Notes under the pieces: generated by a model | Told to the model about the DNA's origin: nothing | Database searches by the model: none | What the model saw: only the letters and a program-made list of their open reading frames with translations | In this document: positions 46,548 through 54,649 of the stretch, in pieces | Position numbering within the stretch: the first letter of the stretch is position 1 | How the letters are laid out: every line of letters starts with the position of its first letter | Made by a program: the position numbers and the translations under genes | NCBI GenBank assembly: GCA_963710705.1 | Contig: CAVQBI010000002.1 | Location: 490,894 to 554,893, forward strand | Length of the DNA: 64,000 nt | Direction: 5' to 3' | DNA from: an uncultured Pseudomonadota bacterium | GTDB lineage: Bacteria; Pseudomonadota; Alphaproteobacteria; Rhizobiales; Xanthobacteraceae

Positions 46548-48089
46548 ATGTTCGACAGTCTGTCGGAAAAACTGGGCGGCATTCTCGACGGCCTGACGCG
46601 CCGCGGCGCGTTGCAGGAAGCCGATGTCGACGCGGCGCTGCGCGAAGTGCGGCGCGCGCTGCTGGAGGCCGACGTCGCGCTCGATGTGGCGCGCGAGTTC
46701 ACCGAGGGCGTGAAGAAGAACGCCGTCGGCGTCGAGGTGACGAAATCGGTCACGCCCGGCCAAATGGTCGTGAAGATCGTGCACGACCAGCTCATCCAAA
46801 CGCTGGGCGCGCAAGGGCAAGGCATCGATCTTGCCGCCGCGCCGCCGGTCGCCATCATGATGGTCGGCCTGCAGGGCTCCGGCAAAACCACCACCACCGC
46901 CAAGATCGCCAAGCGCCTCACCGACCGCCAGAAGAAGAAAGTGCTGATGGCCTCGCTCGACGTGCGTAGGCCGGCGGCGATGGAGCAGCTCGCCGTGCTC
47001 GGCCGCGACACGCACATCGACACGCTGCCGGTAGTCGAAGGCCAGACGCCGACACAGATCGCCAAGCGCGCGCTCGAAGCCGGCCGGCTCGGCGGCTACG
47101 ACGTCGTGCTGCTCGACACCGCCGGCCGCACCACGCTCGACGAGGCGATGATGAGCGAGGCGGCCGAAGTCAAACGCGCCGCCGATCCGCACGAGGTGCT
47201 GCTGGTGGCCGATGCGCTCACCGGCCAGGACGCGGTCAATCTCGCACGCGCCTTCGACGAGCGTGTGGGCCTCACCGGCATCGTGCTGACGCGCGTGGAC
47301 GGCGACGGCCGCGGCGGCGCCGCGCTGTCGATGCGCGCGGTGACCGGCAAGCCGATCAAGCTGATCGGCACCGGAGAAAAACTCGACGCGCTAGAGGAGT
47401 TCGAACCCTCGCGCATTGCCGGCCGCATCCTCGGCATGGGCGACGTGGTGGCGCTGGTCGAGAAAGCCGCCGCCACCATCGATGCCGAGAAGGTGATGCG
47501 CGCCGCCGAGAAGATGCGCAAGGGCGCCTTCGATCTCTCCGACCTGCGCGAACAGCTCACGCAAATGCAGGCCATGGGCGGCATGGGCGGCCTGATGGGC
47601 ATGCTGCCGGGCATGGGCAAGATCAAGAACCAGATCGCCAACGCCAATATCGACGAGACCATGCTCAAGCGGCAGGTGGCGATCATCGACTCGATGACGG
47701 CGCAGGAACGGCGCAACCCCGACATCCTCAAGCACAGCCGCAAGAAGCGCATCGCCGCGGGCTCCGGCACACGCGCCGAAGACATCAACAAACTGCTGAA
47801 AATGCACCGCACGATGGCCGACATGATGAAGGCCATGGGCGGCGCCAAGCGCGGCCCGCTCGCCGGCATCGCGCAGGCGATGGGCTTCGGCGCCGGCATG
47901 CCATCGCCGGAAGAGATGAAGAAGCTCGCCGAACAAATGCCGCCCGGCGGATTGCCGCCGAATATGCCGGCCATGCCGGGTCTGCCGAAGCTGCCGAATA
48001 TGCCTGGCGCCCCCGGTTTCCCCGGCTTGGGCGGAAAGTTTCCTGGATTGCCGGGCGGCCTGCCGCCCGGTCTCGGGAAGAAAAAGTGA
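46548..48089 (+). CDS. ffh: signal recognition particle protein Ffh
   Basis: MFDSLSEKLGGILDGLTRRG..., GLQGSGKTTTTAKIA, DTAGR and a Met-rich M domain are present. It also has a Pro/Gly-rich C-terminal tail. Confidence 0.97.
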   Translation: MFDSLSEKLGGILDGLTRRGALQEADVDAALREVRRALLEADVALDVAREFTEGVKKNAVGVEVTKSVTPGQMVVKIVHDQLIQTLGAQGQGIDLAAAPPVAIMMVGLQGSGKTTTTAKIAKRLTDRQKKKVLMASLDVRRPAAMEQLAVLGRDTHIDTLPVVEGQTPTQIAKRALEAGRLGGYDVVLLDTAGRTTLDEAMMSEAAEVKRAADPHEVLLVADALTGQDAVNLARAFDERVGLTGIVLTRVDGDGRGGAALSMRAVTGKPIKLIGTGEKLDALEEFEPSRIAGRILGMGDVVALVEKAAATIDAEKVMRAAEKMRKGAFDLSDLREQLTQMQAMGGMGGLMGMLPGMGKIKNQIANANIDETMLKRQVAIIDSMTAQERRNPDILKHSRKKRIAAGSGTRAEDINKLLKMHRTMADMMKAMGGAKRGPLAGIAQAMGFGAGMPSPEEMKKLAEQMPPGGLPPNMPAMPGLPKLPNMPGAPGFPGLGGKFPGLPGGLPPGLGKKK

Positions 48090-48118
48090 AATAGGTTTAG
48101 TCAGAAAGGAAAACTGAA

Positions 48119-48556
48119 ATGTCTCTCGTTATCCGCATGGCTCGCGCCGGAACCAAGAAGCGGCCGTTCTACCACATCGTGATCGCCGACAGCCGCGCGC
48201 CGCGTGACGGCCGCTTCATCGAACGCATCGGCTATTTCAATCCGCTGCTGCCGAAGGAAAAGACCGAGCGGCTCAAGCTCGATCTCGACAAGGTGAAAGA
48301 CTGGGTGAAGAAGGGCGCGCAGCCGTCCGACCGCGTGATGCGCTTCCTCGACGCCGCCGGCATTATGAAGCGGCCGAAGCGCAACAATCCGGAGAAAGCA
48401 ATCCCGCGCAAAGAGCGCAAGGCCAAGGAAGCGGAAGAGACCAAGGCCAAGGAAGGCGCCGACGCAGCCGCCAAGACCGCAGCGACCGCCAAGGCCGCTA
48501 CCGACAAGGCCGCCGCCGCCAAGGCCGAGAAGCAGGCCGAGGCCGCGGCGAGCTGA
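48119..48556 (+). CDS. rpsP: 30S ribosomal protein S16 (with Ala/Lys-rich C-terminal extension)
   Basis: It begins [42 protein letters not shown]... Confidence 0.95.
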   Translation: MSLVIRMARAGTKKRPFYHIVIADSRAPRDGRFIERIGYFNPLLPKEKTERLKLDLDKVKDWVKKGAQPSDRVMRFLDAAGIMKRPKRNNPEKAIPRKERKAKEAEETKAKEGADAAAKTAATAKAATDKAAAAKAEKQAEAAAS

Positions 48557-48565
48557 TCTTCTTCA

Positions 48566-48720
48566 CCCTCTCCCCTCGTGGGAGAGGGTGGTCGAGGGAG
48601 CGAAGCGACCGAGACCGGGTGAGGGGGGCATTTCATGAGAAAATCCAAGCGTGAGATTTCCCCCTCACCCGCCTCGCCGCCTGCGGCGGCTTGGCACCCT
48701 CTCCCACAAGGGGAGAGGGG
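48566..48720. repeat. nested-palindrome intergenic repeat, family P1, copy 3
   Basis: The element reads ccctctcccctcgtgggagaggg...gggtgagggggg-(31-nt loop)-ccccctcaccc...ccctctcccacaaggggagaggg. It lies between rpsP and rimM, and the rimM ATG (48635) sits in its central loop. Confidence 0.8.
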
Positions 48721-49219
48721 AAAGAAAGTCCGCGTCGCCCGCATCGGGGCCGCGCACGGTATCCGCGGCGAGGTGAGGATGTGGCCGTTCACGCAGGATC
48801 CGATGGACGTGGCGAACTACGGCCCGCTGGAAACTGAGGATGGCGCGCGGACGTTCGAGATCGAGACGCTGCGCGCGGCCAAGGATTTCCTGGTCGCGCG
48901 CATCGCCGGCGTGAGCGATCGCGACACCGCGGAGACGCTCACCAATCTCGAGCTGTTCGTGCCGCGCGAGCGGCTGCCGGACATCGAGGAAGCCGACACT
49001 TACTACCACGCCGACCTGATCGGCTTGGCGGCGGTGACGGCTGAGGGCGCAGTGCTCGGCACGGTGACGGCGATTCATAATTTCGGGGCTGGCGACATTA
49101 TCGAGATCACGCCGAAAGAGGGCGCGCCGCTGATGCTGACGTTCACGGAAGCGGCGGTGCCGAAAGTGGACTTGCAGACGCGACAGATCGTGGTCGTGCC
49201 GCCGCCGGAGACGGAGTAG
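48635..49219 (+). CDS. rimM: 16S rRNA processing protein RimM
   Basis: It has [25 protein letters not shown]... and a PRC-barrel C-terminus. The only canonical start upstream of the conserved motif is ATG 48635, inside repeat P1 copy 3. Confidence 0.88.
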   Translation: MRKSKREISPSPASPPAAAWHPLPQGERGKKVRVARIGAAHGIRGEVRMWPFTQDPMDVANYGPLETEDGARTFEIETLRAAKDFLVARIAGVSDRDTAETLTNLELFVPRERLPDIEEADTYYHADLIGLAAVTAEGAVLGTVTAIHNFGAGDIIEITPKEGAPLMLTFTEAAVPKVDLQTRQIVVVPPPETE

Positions 49220-49244
49220 TGACTATGTTGTGCGCAACACACAC

Positions 49245-49338
49245 GCCGCTCATTCTCGCGCAAGCGGGAATCCAGAGCAAACGATTTGAGCGTTTCGTTT
49301 CTGACCCCTGGGTCCCCGCTTTCGCGGGGACGAGCGGT
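49245..49338. repeat. paired REP-like hairpin element, family P2, copy E
   Basis: The element reads ccgctcattctcgcgcaagcgggaatccag, then ~32 nt, then ctgggtccccgctttcgcggggacgagcgg. It lies between rimM and trmD, inside the ribosomal operon. Confidence 0.85.
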
Positions 49339-49349
49339 TGGGGTTAGCC

Positions 49350-50060
49350 ATGTGGCGCGCGAGCGTGCTCACCATCTTCCCGGAGATGTTTCCCGGCCCG
49401 CTGGCGCAAAGCCTGGCCGGTAAGGCGCTCGCCTCCGGCATCTGGTCGCTCGACACCCACGACATCCGTGCCGCCGCAACCGACAAGCATCGCACGGTCG
49501 ACGACACGCCGGCCGGCGGCGGGCCCGGCATGGTGATGAAGGCTGACGTGCTAGCAAGAGCTTTGGATAATCTTGCGCTCGATACGGTGCCGCACGACAC
49601 GCGCTTTCGCCTGCTGATGAGCCCGCGCGGCAAACCGCTGACGCAAAGGCGCGTGGCCGCGCTAGCGCACGGCCCCGGCGCCGTCATCGTGTGCGCACGC
49701 TTCGAGGGCGTGGACGAACGCCTGATCAAGGCGCGCAATCTCGAGGAAGTTTCACTCGGCGATTTCGTGCTCTCGGGCGGCGAGATCGCGGCGCTGGCGC
49801 TGCTCGATGCCTGCGTGCGGCTTATGCCTGGCGTCATGGGCAAGGAGGCGTCCGCCGCGGAGGAAAGCTTCGCCGACGGCCTGCTCGAATACCCGCAATA
49901 CACGCGGCCGCCGGTGTTCGAGGGCAAGCCGATCCCCGAGGTGCTGATTTCGGGCGACCACGCCAAGGTTAAGGCCTGGCGCCGGGCGCAGGCCGAGGCG
50001 CTCACCAAGGCGCGCCGGCCGGACCTGTGGGCCGCGTACCAGGCCCGGAAAAAGCCCTAA
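49350..50060 (+). CDS. trmD: tRNA (guanine37-N1)-methyltransferase
   Basis: It has [18 protein letters not shown]... and ...[20 protein letters not shown].... Confidence 0.95.
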   Translation: MWRASVLTIFPEMFPGPLAQSLAGKALASGIWSLDTHDIRAAATDKHRTVDDTPAGGGPGMVMKADVLARALDNLALDTVPHDTRFRLLMSPRGKPLTQRRVAALAHGPGAVIVCARFEGVDERLIKARNLEEVSLGDFVLSGGEIAALALLDACVRLMPGVMGKEASAAEESFADGLLEYPQYTRPPVFEGKPIPEVLISGDHAKVKAWRRAQAEALTKARRPDLWAAYQARKKP

Positions 50061-50176
50061 ATCCGGGCAAAACCGGAGGGTGACAAGGGATGAGCTTTGT
50101 AATACAAGCTCGCCGACCCATTCAGGACAGCAATAAGCGCGCGCCGGATGCTGGCGCTGCCGACGGAGATTTCGCC

Positions 50177-50575
50177 ATGAACATTATTCAGCAGATCGAA
50201 AAAGAGCAGGTCGAGAAGCTCTCGGCCGCCAAGGACATTCCCGACTTCGCGCCGGGCGACACCGTGCTCGTGAACGTGAAGGTGGTCGAAGGCGACAAGA
50301 GCCGCGTGCAGGCCTACGAGGGCGTCTGCATCGGCCGTTCGGGCGGCGGGATCAACGAGAATTTCACCGTGCGCAAGATTTCCTACGGCGAAGGCGTCGA
50401 GCGCGTGTTCCCGCTCTACTCGCCGATGATCAACTCGATCAAGCTCATCCGTCGCGGCAAGGTGCGGCGCGCCAAGCTCTATTACCTGCGCGGGTTGCGC
50501 GGCAAGAAGGCGCGCATCACGGAAGCCGCCGGCGCCGCCGGGCCGGAAGTGGCCGAGGCCGCCGCCAAGGAATGA
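50177..50575 (+). CDS. rplS: 50S ribosomal protein L19
   Basis: It begins [15 protein letters not shown]...[31 protein letters not shown].... ATG 50177 is used; the track ORF is 29 codons longer. Confidence 0.96.
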   Translation: MNIIQQIEKEQVEKLSAAKDIPDFAPGDTVLVNVKVVEGDKSRVQAYEGVCIGRSGGGINENFTVRKISYGEGVERVFPLYSPMINSIKLIRRGKVRRAKLYYLRGLRGKKARITEAAGAAGPEVAEAAAKE

Positions 50576-50597
50576 GCGGCTGCTTCTGCAGTGCATC

Positions 50598-50623
50598 AAG
50601 GGGCCATGTTCCGGCCCCTTTTT
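50598..50623 (+). terminator. rho-independent terminator after rplS
   Basis: The stem aaggggcc / ggcccctt has a 7-nt loop and is followed by a T-run. Confidence 0.75.
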
Positions 50624-50641
50624 CATTGGCGCTGACCTTCG

Positions 50642-50670
50642 TTGTCGGGTGCGCCGCAAATGGCTATATA
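50642..50670 (+). promoter_or_regulatory. sigma70-like promoter upstream of leuC (TTGTCG-N17-TATATA)
   Basis: The -35 is ttgtcg (50642-50647), the spacer is 17 nt, and the -10 is tatata (50665-50670). It lies 176 nt upstream of the leuC ATG. This is a sequence match only. Confidence 0.45.
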
Positions 50671-50845
50671 TCGCCCATGGTCTCCAAGGCTGAACGGATC
50701 ATTCTCGCCGACCATACGCGGCTGCCCTGGCGGTTCTTTGGGCGGTTGACGATGTGCGCGCAAGCCGCGCTTTGACGGCTGCCGCCGGCGCATGCCGGCG
50801 CATGCGAGCCGTTTTCCATTTCAATCAAGCCAAGGCCTTCACGTC

Positions 50846-52249
50846 ATGAAACCGCGTACGCTCTACGACAAAATGTGGGACGACCATCTGGTGGACGAGC
50901 AGCTGGACGGTACCTGTCTCATCTACATCGACCGCCATCTGGTGCACGAGGTGACCAGCCCGCAAGCCTTCGAGGGCCTGCGCACCGCCGGGCGTAAGGT
51001 GCATGCGCCTGACAAGACGCTCGCCGTCGTCGATCACAACGTGCCGACCACCGACCGCTCAAAGCCCAATCCCGATCCGGAAAGCGCCGAGCAGATCGCG
51101 GCGCTGGCGCAGAATGCCAAGGATTTCGGCATCGAATATTTCAACGAGTTCGACAAGCGTCAGGGCATCGTCCACATCATCGGCCCCGAGCAGGGCTTCA
51201 CCCTGCCCGGCACCACGATCGTGTGCGGCGACAGTCACACCGCGACGCACGGCGCCTTCGGCGCGCTCGCCTACGGCATCGGCACTTCCGAAGTCGAACA
51301 CGTGCTGGCGACGCAGACGCTGATCCAAAAGAAATCGAAGAACATGCGCGCGGCGGTCGACGGGCAACTGCCGCAAGGCGTCACCGCCAAGGACATCATC
51401 CTCGCCATCATCGGCGAGATCGGCACCGCCGGTGGCACCGGCTACGCGCTCGAATATGCCGGCGAAGCGATCCGCGCGCTGTCGATGGAAGGGCGCATGA
51501 CCATCTGCAACATGTCGGTTGAAGGCGGCGTCAAAGCCGGCTTTGTCGCGCCCGACGAGAAGGCATATGCCTATCTCAAGGACAAGCCGAAAGCCCCCAA
51601 GGGCAAGGCCTGGGACGAGGCCATGCGTTATTGGCAAACGCTTAAATCCGATGACGGCGCGCATTTCGATCGCGAGATCAGGCTCGATGCGGCGAAGCTG
51701 CCGCCACTGGTGACCTGGGGCACCAGCCCGGAGCAGGTCATCTCGATCACCGGCAAAGTGCCGGTGCCGTCCGAGATCCATGACGAGAACAAACGCCAGG
51801 CGGCCGAACGCTCGCTCGGCTACATGGGGCTGAAGGGCGGCGAGAAGATCACCGACATCAGGATCGACCGCGTATTCATCGGCTCCTGCACCAATGCGCG
51901 CATCGAGGACCTGCGGGCAGTGGCGAAAGTCGTCGACGGCAAAAGTGTGAACGCCAACGTCAATGCCATGATCGTGCCCGGCTCCGGCCTCGTGAAGGAA
52001 CAGGCGGAAGCCGAAGGGCTCGACAAGATCTTCAAGGCCGCCGGCTTCGAATGGCGCGACCCGGGCTGCTCGATGTGCCTCGCCATGAACCCGGACAAGC
52101 TGGCGCCGGGTGAGCGCTGCGCCTCGACCTCGAACCGCAACTTCGAGGGCCGCCAGGGCTACAAAGGCCGCACGCATTTGGTGTCGCCGGCGATGGCGGC
52201 AGCGGCGGCGATCGCCGGGCACTTCGTCGACGTGCGCGAGTGGAAATAG
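50846..52249 (+). CDS. leuC: 3-isopropylmalate dehydratase large subunit
   Basis: It has [16 protein letters not shown]...[15 protein letters not shown]... and ...[11 protein letters not shown].... Confidence 0.96.
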   Translation: MKPRTLYDKMWDDHLVDEQLDGTCLIYIDRHLVHEVTSPQAFEGLRTAGRKVHAPDKTLAVVDHNVPTTDRSKPNPDPESAEQIAALAQNAKDFGIEYFNEFDKRQGIVHIIGPEQGFTLPGTTIVCGDSHTATHGAFGALAYGIGTSEVEHVLATQTLIQKKSKNMRAAVDGQLPQGVTAKDIILAIIGEIGTAGGTGYALEYAGEAIRALSMEGRMTICNMSVEGGVKAGFVAPDEKAYAYLKDKPKAPKGKAWDEAMRYWQTLKSDDGAHFDREIRLDAAKLPPLVTWGTSPEQVISITGKVPVPSEIHDENKRQAAERSLGYMGLKGGEKITDIRIDRVFIGSCTNARIEDLRAVAKVVDGKSVNANVNAMIVPGSGLVKEQAEAEGLDKIFKAAGFEWRDPGCSMCLAMNPDKLAPGERCASTSNRNFEGRQGYKGRTHLVSPAMAAAAAIAGHFVDVREWK

Positions 52250-52269
52250 CGCGCGTTTAAAATTGAAAC

Positions 52270-52306
52270 AAAAAGGCCCGCCTCATCGGCGGGCCTTTCC
52301 TTTTTT
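52270..52306. terminator. bidirectional rho-independent terminator between leuC and the Tyr-rich ORF
   Basis: An 11-bp stem aaaggcccgcc / ggcgggccttt with a 5-nt loop is flanked by an A-run upstream and CCTTTTTT downstream. Confidence 0.8.
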
Positions 52307-52320
52307 GCTCGACAGTCGCT

Positions 52321-52650
52321 TCACCAGCCGAATTGCAGATAGATGCCTGGGCGCCGGTAATAGTACGGATAGTAGCCGTACGGATAATAATAACGCGGGC
52401 CATAATAATAGGGATAGGGACGATAATAGTACGGACGATAATAATAGGGCGCGCCGTAGTGGCGGCCATAGTAGCGATAGTGCCGTTGATAATAGTAGTG
52501 CCGATAATAGCGGCGCGCGCTCAGATCCATCTGAACGGACTGTGCGTTCGCAACGCCAGCCGCCTTGCGCGTTGCCGCATCTGCCGGCGCGGGTACTGCG
52601 AACAGACCGAAAGCCGCAACCGCTGCAGCCAGCATGAAAAACTTTCTCAT
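52321..52650 (-). CDS. secreted tyrosine/arginine/proline-rich small protein (109 aa), unknown family
   Basis: GGAGG lies 6 nt upstream of ATG 52650. The signal peptide is MRKFFMLAAAVAAFGLFAVPAPADA. The C-terminal 64 aa contain 29 Tyr (YYYRPYYYRPYPYYYGPRYYYPYGYYPYYYRRPG...FGW). Confidence 0.6.
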   Translation of the reverse strand: MRKFFMLAAAVAAFGLFAVPAPADAATRKAAGVANAQSVQMDLSARRYYRHYYYQRHYRYYGRHYGAPYYYRPYYYRPYPYYYGPRYYYPYGYYPYYYRRPGIYLQFGW

Positions 52651-52835
52651 GTCAGCCTCCTCACGGCTTCATCAAGAAAACGGCGAAGGTCATATTTTTG
52701 TTCGCCACTTGAGCATTGCATGCGCGACACGCTCAGCGGTGCGCCGACGTGCCCGATCAAAAATTCGATAGCATCAAACTGTCGGGCGATTTTGACCTAG
52801 ATCAGAAGCGACGCTTGTCGCTATCGGATCGGACG

Positions 52836-53078
52836 TTACTGCCACCAGCATTGCATGCGCGGCACGATCACCGGCCCGCTCACCCGGTATTCCTGAACCA
52901 GCCAGGAGCGGCAATAACGTTTGGCGTTCGGCCCGGGCTCGCCGGTCCGCGGATGGATGGTGATGCGCGGACGCGGGCGCGCCGGGGCGTCCGAGTCCTG
53001 CGCGGCGGCAGGCAGCGTGCCGGTCAAGAAACCCGCCAGCGCCAAGCCAAATGCAAACTTATGGATCGGTCGTGTCAT
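52836..53078 (-). CDS. small secreted protein (80 aa), unknown family
   Basis: The signal peptide is MTRPIHKFAFGLALAGFLTGTLPAAAQ. The mature part is Pro/Arg-rich with two Cys and ends ...PRMQCWWQ. It starts 11 nt after the stop of the upstream small ORF. Confidence 0.55.
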   Translation of the reverse strand: MTRPIHKFAFGLALAGFLTGTLPAAAQDSDAPARPRPRITIHPRTGEPGPNAKRYCRSWLVQEYRVSGPVIVPRMQCWWQ

Positions 53079-53089
53079 GACGACCAAAC

Positions 53090-53362
53090 CTACCATCGCG
53101 TATGGTCGTTCCAATAGTGGCGCGAGGCGGCAAAATAGGTGGCGTGCCTCTGGTCGCTCCGCCGGTAAGACTGCGCGGAGTAATCGCTGCTGGAGCGGCG
53201 GCTGTAGCTGTGGCTGCCATAGCCGCTCGGGCTGCCGTTGTAGACGGCCAGAACCTGGCCCGGCCGGTCGTGGCAGGTGAACATCTCGGCGGAGGCGGAC
53301 GTGATTACGCTCAGGGCCAAAACCCCCGCCAGAAGGCCAAAGCCAACGACGCGGCTACGCAT
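53090..53362 (-). CDS. small secreted Ser/Tyr/Arg/His-rich protein (90 aa), unknown family
   Basis: AAGGAG lies 5 nt upstream of ATG 53362. The signal peptide is MRSRVVGFGLLAGVLALSVITSASA. The mature part is ...GSPSGYGSHSYSRRSSSDYSAQSYRRSDQRHATYF...HTRW. Confidence 0.55.
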   Translation of the reverse strand: MRSRVVGFGLLAGVLALSVITSASAEMFTCHDRPGQVLAVYNGSPSGYGSHSYSRRSSSDYSAQSYRRSDQRHATYFAASRHYWNDHTRW

Positions 53363-53464
53363 GGACACTCCTTATTCGCCTTACGCAACAATGACTAACA
53401 TGGTTAACGGTCGCCTATCTGGCGGGTTCCGTCAATGGCTTGGTTCCGGGCCAGTTGACCCTAA

Positions 53465-53893
53465 ATGGCGGTCATGAGAGCCGAATTCGACGATCCGCGG
53501 GCCTTTCGCGGGCAGGCGGTGTCGCTCGCCGAAGTCGAGGCGCTGGCCGCACGGGCCTTTGGCCGGCTGCCGGCCCATTTTCGTGCGCTGTGCGAGGACC
53601 TGGTGATCCGGGTGGAGGATTTCCCCACTTCGGAGGTGCTCGACGCCATGGGCCTGCGCAGCCGCTATGACCTGCTCGGGCTGTTCCAGGGCATCGGCCT
53701 GCCCTTCCGCCAAGAGTTGACCGGCACCATGCCGAACATGATCTGGCTCTACCGGAGGCCGATCCTGGCCTATTGGACCGAGCACGAAGAAAGCCTGGCG
53801 GCGATCGTCACCCATGTGCTGGTGCACGAGATCGGCCACCATTTCGGCTTCTCGGACGACGATATGGCGGCAATCGAGGCGGACGCCGGCTGA
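53465..53893 (+). CDS. zincin-like metallopeptidase family protein (DUF1025-like)
   Basis: The 142-aa ORF has the HEIGHH zinc-binding motif (...THVLVHEIGHHFGFSDDDM...). There is no signal peptide. Confidence 0.8.
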   Translation: MAVMRAEFDDPRAFRGQAVSLAEVEALAARAFGRLPAHFRALCEDLVIRVEDFPTSEVLDAMGLRSRYDLLGLFQGIGLPFRQELTGTMPNMIWLYRRPILAYWTEHEESLAAIVTHVLVHEIGHHFGFSDDDMAAIEADAG

Positions 53894-54031
53894 TCAACGA
53901 ACGCGATGATACCCATCGCATCGCCACATTCGAATCGAACGACGCGCATGGCAGCCCGGTTGCGCGCGGCTATTGACCGGAATGGCCGAGGCCTTAAACA
54001 GACGGGCCAACGGGCCCGGAGTTTAGCAACC

Positions 54032-54637
54032 ATGCGGAAATTTACCGTCCTCGAAGGCGTCGCGGCGCCCATGCGCATGATCAATGTCGACACCGACATG
54101 GTGATCCCGAAGCAGTACCTGAAGACGATCAAGCGCACCGGGCTCGGCAAGGGCCTGTTTTCGGAGATGCGCTACAAGGACGACGGCAGCGAAAACCCGG
54201 ACTTCGTGCTCAACAAGCCGGCCTACCGCAAGTCCAAGATCCTGGTGGCCGGCGATAATTTCGGCTGCGGCTCGAGCCGCGAGCACGCGCCCTGGGCGCT
54301 GATGGATTTCGGCATCCGCGCCGTGATCTCGACCTCGTTCGGCGACATCTTCTACAACAATTGTTTCAAAAACGGCGTGCTGCCGATCCGCGTGTCGCCG
54401 GATGACTTGGAGAAGCTGTTCGACGACGCCGACCGCGGCGCCAATGCGACACTGACGATCGACCTCGAGAAGCAGGAGATCCGCGGGCCGGACGGCGGCG
54501 TGATCAAGTTCGACATCGATCCGCACCGCAAGCACTGCATGCTCAACGGGCTGGACGACATCGGCCTCACCAAGCAGAAGACCGCGAAGATCGCGAGCTA
54601 TGAGGAAAAGACCCGCGCGGCGCGGCCGTGGGCTTAA
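54032..54637 (+). CDS. leuD: 3-isopropylmalate dehydratase small subunit
   Basis: It has [31 protein letters not shown]... and ...[15 protein letters not shown].... Confidence 0.95.
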   Translation: MRKFTVLEGVAAPMRMINVDTDMVIPKQYLKTIKRTGLGKGLFSEMRYKDDGSENPDFVLNKPAYRKSKILVAGDNFGCGSSREHAPWALMDFGIRAVISTSFGDIFYNNCFKNGVLPIRVSPDDLEKLFDDADRGANATLTIDLEKQEIRGPDGGVIKFDIDPHRKHCMLNGLDDIGLTKQKTAKIASYEEKTRAARPWA

Positions 54638-54649
54638 CAATTGTCCCAA

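Noticed and set aside
48380-48556. S16 carries an Ala/Lys/Glu-rich ~60-aa C-terminal tail ([48 protein letters not shown]).
   Set aside because: It is in-frame and contiguous with rpsP. As far as I recall, extended low-complexity S16 tails are common in alphaproteobacteria, so I did not treat it as novel.
50677-50775. I considered the small ORF upstream of leuC as a classical leucine leader peptide.
   Set aside because: It has only 4 Leu in 32 codons and no consecutive Leu codons. I kept it only as a low-confidence structural observation, not as a Leu-attenuator call.
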